From a virus (taxonomy: Duplodnaviria > Caudoviricetes), in the IMG/VR virus record IMGVR_UViG_3300032335_000697, positions 1 to 43,102 of that record: a stretch of DNA of 43,102 bases, one strand, 5' to 3'. Below, one piece after another: positions 36,459-43,102 of the stretch; positions within the stretch are counted from its first letter, which is position 1, and every line of letters begins with the position of its first letter. The notes beneath the pieces are model-generated. The model was not told where the DNA came from and did no database searches. It saw nothing but the letters and a program-made list of their open reading frames with translations. The position numbers were made by a program, and so were the translations under genes.

Positions 36459-38272
36459 TAGCTACCTTTTTTCTCTTTTTGCCCAAGAACCTTAAATCCA
36501 GAAAAATCGCCTGGTCCTATATTGTATTCAAAACCATGTAACCCTTGATACATTTTTTTGTAAGCTGGGTCTTTAGCTAATATTTGATTAGCAAATTGAG
36601 CTACAGAGGTTGGATCTTCTGCATTAAACCCAGCCATAGGATTGGCTTTTAAGTAAGCAACAGCTTGTGCATTTGCTAGTCTTTCTTTTTCAGCAACCCC
36701 TCTTTGTAAGACTTGTTGCTGTTGAAGGGCTAATTTTTCTTCTTTGCTTGCAATGCCACTCTTATAGTAGTCACCAATATTTTGATAGTGCATTGCAGCA
36801 ATTCGGTTTTTGTCTAATGCAGCCTGTTGTGCTGCTCTTTGTTTATTTGTTTCTGAAAGATAAGAAACTCCAGACAATCCGCCTTGACCAATATTAGCAA
36901 ACGCATAAGGAGAAGTACCACCCATCATTCCAAGACCAGCAGCTAATAAAGCCATGTTTCTGTCTTCTGAACGTTGTTTACCAAGAGCCTCTCTATCTGC
37001 GGCATTTTGTTCTAAAAACAATTCCATTGGAGTTTTTGGCGTTACTTCTGGTGCTTTTGTCTGAGTAACGGCTGATGCTTTGTTGTCTATAGTTGGAACA
37101 TTGTCTACATCAGGTGTTTTTTTAGTTTCAACAGGAGTTTCTTTTTTGATAGTTTCTTTCTTTTTAGATGGTTTTCCATATCCACTAAATAACTTTTGAC
37201 CAGTCATTGGATCAATAGTGTATTCGTCAATTTCTGAAATTAATGGAACACCAATATCTGTATAAGAGTTATCAAATCCGCTCATGGTGCTACCACCATA
37301 TTGAAAATGTTTAACTTCTCCGCCACTAGCCATACGCACGTAGTTCTGCGTTTCCCTTGGCAATCCCATTATTCCTTGCCCGCTCTTTAAAGCTTTATCT
37401 AACCGACCAGGACCAGCATTGTAAGCAGCCAAAGCAAGGGTAGGATCTTGATACTTGTCATACATTTGTTTGAGATACGTTACACCGCCACGAATGTTTT
37501 CTTCTGGGTTTAATGGATCTACGCCAAGACCTTTAGCAGTCTTAGGCATTAATTGCATTACACCAATAGCACCAGCTTTAGAACGTGCTGTTTCAGGATC
37601 TTTTAAATTGCCTGTTTCTTTATACAAAACATGAACGGCTAAGTTAGGGTCTATACCTAAACGTTGAGCTTCTTGAATAACCATGCTTTCATATTTATGA
37701 CCACCACGCTTTGGAACATCTGTTGGTGGCATTACATAGTCACCTTTTTTAGGTCCGTCAATCATCATTTTTCGGACAGAAGCAGGTGTTTGACCTTTTT
37801 CGGCTAGGGCAGATTCATAACTTTGTGGAAAAATAGACCTGCCAACTGGCATTGAATTGGCTCTTTGAGCAAAAGCAGCGGCTTTGGCATAGTCATCGTA
37901 TGGGTCTATTTCGTCATCATCGTCATTACTTATTAAACTGCCTCTAGAAAACGCAATAATCCCACCGCCAGCATACTCTCGCTCTGGTACTGGAAGCTGG
38001 GCAACACCTGTATTTTCCATTTCAGGCTGTTCTGCCATAGCATTTGTAGCCATGACTTGTTCTAAGACAGATGGTGGAGTTTGATTATTACCTTGTAGGG
38101 CTTGCATACGGGCTATAGCATCAGCCATTTCTGCTTTACGCCCAAGAATAGGGGCAAGCATATCTTCACGAATCTGACCCTTCTGAGCCATTTGCATAAT
38201 CATGGCTTGTGGGAGTTTAGCTAAGTCATCAATAGACTCAGTTTGCCGTTTAAGTGCGCCTAATATGCTCAT
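36458..38272 (-). CDS. Internal virion protein with SLT lytic transglycosylase domain
   Basis: KETG...AIGVMQLMP...AAYNAGPG...ETQNYV. Confidence 0.88.
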   Translation of the reverse strand: MSILGALKRQTESIDDLAKLPQAMIMQMAQKGQIREDMLAPILGRKAEMADAIARMQALQGNNQTPPSVLEQVMATNAMAEQPEMENTGVAQLPVPEREYAGGGIIAFSRGSLISNDDDDEIDPYDDYAKAAAFAQRANSMPVGRSIFPQSYESALAEKGQTPASVRKMMIDGPKKGDYVMPPTDVPKRGGHKYESMVIQEAQRLGIDPNLAVHVLYKETGNLKDPETARSKAGAIGVMQLMPKTAKGLGVDPLNPEENIRGGVTYLKQMYDKYQDPTLALAAYNAGPGRLDKALKSGQGIMGLPRETQNYVRMASGGEVKHFQYGGSTMSGFDNSYTDIGVPLISEIDEYTIDPMTGQKLFSGYGKPSKKKETIKKETPVETKKTPDVDNVPTIDNKASAVTQTKAPEVTPKTPMELFLEQNAADREALGKQRSEDRNMALLAAGLGMMGGTSPYAFANIGQGGLSGVSYLSETNKQRAAQQAALDKNRIAAMHYQNIGDYYKSGIASKEEKLALQQQQVLQRGVAEKERLANAQAVAYLKANPMAGFNAEDPTSVAQFANQILAKDPAYKKMYQGLHGFEYNIGPGDFSGFKVLGQKEKKGS

Positions 38273-39210
38273 TATTTATTCCCAAACATATTGTATAAAG
38301 ACAGTCCTGTTAGTCCCATACCAGCTAATTGGCTTGCAAAACTAGGCGGAGGCGTAGTCTGGGAACCAGAGGTTGCGGTCTGTGTTAATGGTACACCACG
38401 AGCTAAGTTGCTCATAGTCTCAATGCTTGTTAATGGGTAGTTTAATTTAGCCATTACATCTTGATACTGGGCATCTAATTGTTGCTGTTGCAGACCACGC
38501 TGTAAGTCGCCATATGCACCCTGAGTTTTAATACGGTCAATGTCTGAAGCCTGTTGAGCAGTACCCAAAGCACCGTAAGTTTGACCTAGTTGACCATACG
38601 TTTGACCTAGTTGACCGTAACCAGCAGCTTGAGCCAATTGTGCTTTTTGAGCCGCCTCAAAAGCATTTTGTAATCCAGTTGCTTGAATGTTGCCTAATTT
38701 TGTCTGTAAGTTACGTTCTTGTTCAGTTTGTGCTAATAACTGTCTAGCACCACCATAGGTTCCTTGACGAGCTGCGGCTAAATTACCAGACAATAAACCT
38801 TTTTGGGCATCTCTTAGGGCTTCTGCTTTATTGACATCAATGACATTTTGAGCGTAAGGAGACATATACATAGCAGTCTGCTCAGGACTTAACATAGAAC
38901 CCAAAGCACCTAAACCTAAAGCAGTTGATCCTACGCCCAATTGAGCAGCACCTGTACCAGAACCAAACTGAGTTGGTGTAGTCATTTGTCCTAACTGGGT
39001 ACCTATTTGTTGCTGCATAGGTGATAGACCAGCCACTCGACCAGACCCTGCTAGACCAGCCGCTTTTAATGGATCTCCATAAGTGGTAGCGTAGTCTTTA
39101 GATAAAAGAGTCTGTGCGGTAGGAAGAACACCACCAGGACCCGTAATATAGGGACGTAAGACCTCTGGGACATCTGTTAGTGCTGTTTGTATTGAGGTAG
39201 AAGTTGCCAT
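38272..39210 (-). CDS. Gly/Gln/Ala-rich DNA ejection (pilot) protein
   Basis: Composition; YMSPY...GTYGGARQ motif; synteny. Confidence 0.65.
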   Translation of the reverse strand: MATSTSIQTALTDVPEVLRPYITGPGGVLPTAQTLLSKDYATTYGDPLKAAGLAGSGRVAGLSPMQQQIGTQLGQMTTPTQFGSGTGAAQLGVGSTALGLGALGSMLSPEQTAMYMSPYAQNVIDVNKAEALRDAQKGLLSGNLAAARQGTYGGARQLLAQTEQERNLQTKLGNIQATGLQNAFEAAQKAQLAQAAGYGQLGQTYGQLGQTYGALGTAQQASDIDRIKTQGAYGDLQRGLQQQQLDAQYQDVMAKLNYPLTSIETMSNLARGVPLTQTATSGSQTTPPPSFASQLAGMGLTGLSLYNMFGNK

Positions 39211-39219
39211 ATCAGTCCT

Positions 39220-40818
39220 TTACGCAGGCATATATTTGCGTGGGTTAATTTGTTTACCCTGTTTAGGGTTTCCAGTGCGAGCTTTTCGCACCTTATCCAT
39301 CATGGAATATAACTGTTTTGCACCAGCCTTGGAAGATCCGTTTCCTAAATGACTTACTACATCGGCAGGAATAACAAACTCGCCATCTGCTAGACGAGCT
39401 GGTTGATTGTCATTAATAGTGGCTTTTATAGAATCTGACATTCCGTCTCCACCGCCTGATAAAAATCGTGGCATACCACCAGCGGCATATCCAAGACCAA
39501 ACAAGCCTTTTTGAAGATTACCCTGATCCATACCCATAGCGGAGTAATCACCGCCTAGTTCATCATCTACTTGTCCGCCCATAGCGTATAAAGAGCTTGT
39601 TGGGTCTAACGTACGAGCATAGAAGTTTTCATCTCCACCAGTGCGACCGTAAAAAGTATCTCCAATAGATACATCACGGTTTGGATTAGGATTAAATTGA
39701 TTTCTGCTTACTACATCAGCGGCATAGTCACGCTGGCGGTTAATTTCTCCAAGAGCTGCATCATACTCAGCTTGGCTAATAGCATTTGCTCGTTTGGATT
39801 CTTCTAAATATTTACGTTGTTCATCTAAACCAGCAAGGCTAGTTTCTCCATAAAGAGCTAATCCAGCCATTGGTAAAGCTTTTATGCCAGTTTTAGCTGC
39901 TTGGGCTGCTGCTTCTTTAGCAGTTACATTACCAAAACCAGTTAAATTTTTAATGCCTGATAGGGTATCGCCTGCTGTAGAAACTCCAGTTGTAGGAATT
40001 TCAGTAATAAATTTAGCAGCATTTTGTATAGCAGATGGCGGAGGAAGAGGTGGAGTATAAGCTTGTGCCATACCTGCTGTTGGATCACTTAAAGAACCAG
40101 CAAAATCACCTACTGATGGTGGTGGAGGCGTTACTCTAACTCCATCAACTATTGATTGTGAGTAGTCTGTTATTGGAGCAGCTTCTCTTGCTACCGCCTC
40201 TGTCAATCCTTCTTTGCCTGCTTCGATTGCTGAATCTGAAGCACCCCGCATATAATCGCCTAATTCTGCCGTAGCATAAGCAGTTGCACCACCAATTACA
40301 GCACCTTGAAGATTAAAGTTACCGCCTTTACGCATTACTCCAGAACCTCTTGCTGCACCATAACCTATTTGAAGTGGCATTGGGGCGCCCATTGCTGAAA
40401 GAGCTATTGAACCAACTGTCCCCCATCCGCCTGGAATAGTGTTTCCTACGGCTTTATCAAAATCTGCTAACCCACGGCTAACAGGTTGAACAATGGCTTT
40501 TTCTATAGGTTGAAAGATTTGAGTGCCTAATTTATTGGCAGCTTTATTAACATCACCAACAATTGGAATTTGATTAATCCCTTTATTTAAACCGCTGCCA
40601 GGATTAAATGGGTTAACAAAAGCAGCCGCTTGTTGTACTGGTTTAAATACATTTTTAATTTTAATGTATTCGGGTAAACCCGTATGTGGGTTTCTTGTTC
40701 CTGATCCACCCAAGGCTTTTAAAATGCCTGCTTCTTGAGGATTTATATGGGCAAGAATAGTATCGCCATAGCGACCTTTGCTTTGAAGTTCTTTAGCGAG
40801 TGTTTTTAAGCCTGCCAT
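39220..40818 (-). CDS. Internal virion protein (532 aa)
   Basis: LAHINPQEA...NPHTGLPEY and GDGMSDSI...LADGEFVIPADVV motifs; synteny. Confidence 0.7.
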   Translation of the reverse strand: MAGLKTLAKELQSKGRYGDTILAHINPQEAGILKALGGSGTRNPHTGLPEYIKIKNVFKPVQQAAAFVNPFNPGSGLNKGINQIPIVGDVNKAANKLGTQIFQPIEKAIVQPVSRGLADFDKAVGNTIPGGWGTVGSIALSAMGAPMPLQIGYGAARGSGVMRKGGNFNLQGAVIGGATAYATAELGDYMRGASDSAIEAGKEGLTEAVAREAAPITDYSQSIVDGVRVTPPPPSVGDFAGSLSDPTAGMAQAYTPPLPPPSAIQNAAKFITEIPTTGVSTAGDTLSGIKNLTGFGNVTAKEAAAQAAKTGIKALPMAGLALYGETSLAGLDEQRKYLEESKRANAISQAEYDAALGEINRQRDYAADVVSRNQFNPNPNRDVSIGDTFYGRTGGDENFYARTLDPTSSLYAMGGQVDDELGGDYSAMGMDQGNLQKGLFGLGYAAGGMPRFLSGGGDGMSDSIKATINDNQPARLADGEFVIPADVVSHLGNGSSKAGAKQLYSMMDKVRKARTGNPKQGKQINPRKYMPA

Positions 40819-40840
40819 ACAAGCCTCTTAGGGTTAAAGT

Positions 40841-41140
40841 TCATATAATAGTTACCGTTACTGTTCCTACACTAGCTGTTCCCGAAACGCCTTCTAAATA
40901 AGCATAATTTGGCAGGACTACTTTTAAGTACTCTCCATCCCGAAAGACTGTGCCTTCTTGCAAATTGTACCCCGATGTTGGCAAATTTAATAGCCGTAAG
41001 CCATCCATCTGTAAAGGCACGTTTGAGTCTAATTGGTTGAAATAAAGCCGTAAAACACCAATAAGCTGAGATAGCTGTTGTTGGTCGTATTCTGGCGGAG
41101 CCAAAGGTAAGGCTGGCGCACGGAACCGTTGCATTCCCAT
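40841..41140 (-). CDS. Small tail-module protein (99 aa)
   Basis: TAATG coupling; PALPLAPPEYD...LRLYFNQLD. Confidence 0.7.
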   Translation of the reverse strand: MGMQRFRAPALPLAPPEYDQQQLSQLIGVLRLYFNQLDSNVPLQMDGLRLLNLPTSGYNLQEGTVFRDGEYLKVVLPNYAYLEGVSGTASVGTVTVTII

Positions 41141-42990
41141 TATCTACGCCCATCTGGTCTACCATCTAAACGAGGACTACCTAACTGCCATTGGACATTT
41201 AAGTCTGTGGACTGAATCTGGATTGCCATCTGTCTAGCCCTAGCCCGCAAGAATATCTGCTCGGTGTATATATCAACCGAGGTTTCAATGACATTTCCTG
41301 ACTCTATATTGCTATAGGCGTTGCCAGGGAAGTTCCTAGGCTTGATATACATCGTGACTGTCGGGGTAGCGGCAGTAGAGCCTTGGAAGTTAATATCAGG
41401 GATAATCCGCTTAGTCAGGATAAACTGATCCCCGTCTACAAGGTCAAAGTCCGAAGAGGATATATAAGAGGTCATTGGCAACAAATCGTCATTCGCACCA
41501 CGCTCATGGTCATAGATATAGTAACCGCCAACCGCTTGAGGGTATTCCCTTAGTGAAGAGTCATTCCATGCAGTACGTCCAATTGTGCCGTAGTACCAGA
41601 TCTTTTCTAGGTGGTTATAGACTACATAAGCGTTATTAATATCACTATTAGCCGTTGGGTAGAACCACCAGATCTCATTCCAGCCTTCATTCGTTCCACA
41701 GATAATCTGGTCTGCTTGGTTGTAATTGAGGTTAGTAAAGACGTGGTTTCTTAAAGTAGACGGAAGTGTTTCAACTCGTCCAGAATAGGCATAGAACTTA
41801 TCATGCCCCATCCAATAAGCCGTGTTATTAACGACTGCCACGCAACGGGGGCTAAGGATTGAGATGTTATCGGAAAGTTCTTGAATACCAAAGACGTCTG
41901 TAGTTCCTAAATATTGGAGTGAGCTAAGGGTTCCTTCAGTGAAAACCAGAATCTCTTGGCGGGTGGCAACAGCACAGACAATCTGTGAACCACGGGAAAC
42001 TCGTAAGAATCCTGCTGAATTTGTGACTAACGGAGTCCAGACATTAGGCTGATCTTGGGTCGCCCAACGGATTAATAGGGGGTCAAACTGCCCACCACCA
42101 TAAGGAGTAGCACCAAAGGCTAGGAGATGCTTGTCGTTTTGAGAGACCAGAATCTGCGTAGCTTCGCTAGGAACATCTGAAGGAGCAATACCATTTATGG
42201 TGGTAGCGGACAAAAGGGTGGCACGGGTCGTGAAAGCACTGTCGTAAGTCCAATAGTAAATAGCCCCGTTGCGGATGTTCATCGCAAGGTCGTTATCAAA
42301 GTTATTGAAGAACCAATCCCGCTGGATGTCTACCACAGGGGTCAAAGCACCATCACCCCATCCTAGACGGCTCCAAGCCCCTGCACTCCAGCCGTAACCA
42401 ATAGCGGCTATATCGTTACCAATATTGATTTGGAAGGCTGCCACAATAGCCGTTCCGCCCTGATTGCTGGTAGTAGAAGTAGCCGAAGTCGTGGTGGTAA
42501 TCTTAAAGTTATCGGCATCAGTAATACTGGTAATCTCAAACTCGGTATTAAACTCAGCTTGTGGGATTCCACCAATTGGTCCAACCACGCCCGAAAAGGT
42601 TACAAAACTACCTGCCGTAGCCCCATGTCCAACAATATTGACATTAACCAGATTTAAACCAATCGTGGTGTCAAAGCAGTTATTGGTAGCTGGGCTTACA
42701 AATGTAGCTCGAATCGGGGTAATGTCGGTTAAAAAGCCTCCACCTTCTAGATAGACTTTCTTGCTGGTGCCAAGGGCTAATAGGTTATCGGAGAAGCTCG
42801 TGATCCAATTAAACATCTGCCGACAGATGCCTTTGAGCGTAATGTCGCCAAAGCGTAGCCAGCCACCCAGTTTCTGAGGATAGCCAGAACGAAAGCGGAT
42901 TTTGTCGCACTCGTAGAAACCACCCTCGTTTGTATAGTTGGTTTGGTCTCGGTTGACACCTGGTTTGAACTGTAGTTTCTGTAGTGGCAT
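41140..42990 (-). CDS. Tail nozzle/stabilisation-type protein (616 aa)
   Basis: Beta-rich; EIWWFYP and WYYGT motifs; sits before the ejection proteins. Confidence 0.7.
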   Translation of the reverse strand: MPLQKLQFKPGVNRDQTNYTNEGGFYECDKIRFRSGYPQKLGGWLRFGDITLKGICRQMFNWITSFSDNLLALGTSKKVYLEGGGFLTDITPIRATFVSPATNNCFDTTIGLNLVNVNIVGHGATAGSFVTFSGVVGPIGGIPQAEFNTEFEITSITDADNFKITTTTSATSTTSNQGGTAIVAAFQINIGNDIAAIGYGWSAGAWSRLGWGDGALTPVVDIQRDWFFNNFDNDLAMNIRNGAIYYWTYDSAFTTRATLLSATTINGIAPSDVPSEATQILVSQNDKHLLAFGATPYGGGQFDPLLIRWATQDQPNVWTPLVTNSAGFLRVSRGSQIVCAVATRQEILVFTEGTLSSLQYLGTTDVFGIQELSDNISILSPRCVAVVNNTAYWMGHDKFYAYSGRVETLPSTLRNHVFTNLNYNQADQIICGTNEGWNEIWWFYPTANSDINNAYVVYNHLEKIWYYGTIGRTAWNDSSLREYPQAVGGYYIYDHERGANDDLLPMTSYISSSDFDLVDGDQFILTKRIIPDINFQGSTAATPTVTMYIKPRNFPGNAYSNIESGNVIETSVDIYTEQIFLRARARQMAIQIQSTDLNVQWQLGSPRLDGRPDGRR

Positions 42991-42991
42991 A

Positions 42992-43102
42992 TTAGCTTAA
43001 AAATAAGGCACGTTCATCGTTCCTGCGGGTTACTAGACCTTTCAGTACTTTACCCCCAGCCAGCGTATATTTCAAGAACTCTTCTGCCGCTTCTTCCATT
43101 TC
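42992..43102 (-). CDS. GH24 lysozyme/endolysin, 3' end
   Basis: AAEEFLKYTLAGGKVLKGLVTRRNDERALFLS*. Confidence 0.8.
   Translation of the reverse strand, partial: EMEEAAEEFLKYTLAGGKVLKGLVTRRNDERALFLS

Noticed and set aside
38575-38620. Tandem TTTGACCTAGTTGACC repeat
   Set aside because: Encodes a GQLGQTY peptide repeat in an ejection protein.
1-43102. tRNA genes, introns/inteins, reverse transcriptase or DGR
   Set aside because: I recognised no cloverleaf, splice or intein motif, or RT motif by eye; tRNAscan and Infernal were not run.

Overview
About 43 kb of a podovirus-like tailed phage genome. A freshwater Betaproteobacteria-type host is my inference, not shown. Minus strand 1-7814 is the head/packaging module: terS, a LexA DNA-binding-domain protein, terL, portal, GroES, scaffold-like protein and a head protein. 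Plus strand 8.3-15.8 kb is an early operon with an SprT-like protease, a MoxR/CobS AAA+ ATPase, a split CobT/vWA pair and many small ORFs. Next come a minus-strand HNH plus primase-helicase unit, RusA, and a plus-strand recombination/modification operon (PD-(D/E)XK exonuclease, ERF, SSB-like, AT-hook, SPPY methyltransferase, DUF3310, Ref-like HNH). Minus strand 26.5-43.1 kb holds the lysozyme end, a tail protein, ejection proteins and a 3306-aa polyvalent protein. No DNA polymerase, integrase or ParA/ParB is visible in the window. The main signals are non-coding. (1) A ~75-nt promoter/terminator-bounded small RNA (18471-18546) has a hairpin loop complementary to a shared GGGGCTTA ribosome-binding-site motif and start codon found at about 11 early/replication genes. 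(2) A perfect chromosomal parS site lies at 6897-6912. (3) I counted 38 copies of the palindrome GTTTAAAC by eye. (4) There is a ~380-nt structured leader RNA, three GGCTCA-N5-TGAGCC operators and a near-SOS box. All family assignments come from motif recognition by eye; no searches were run.
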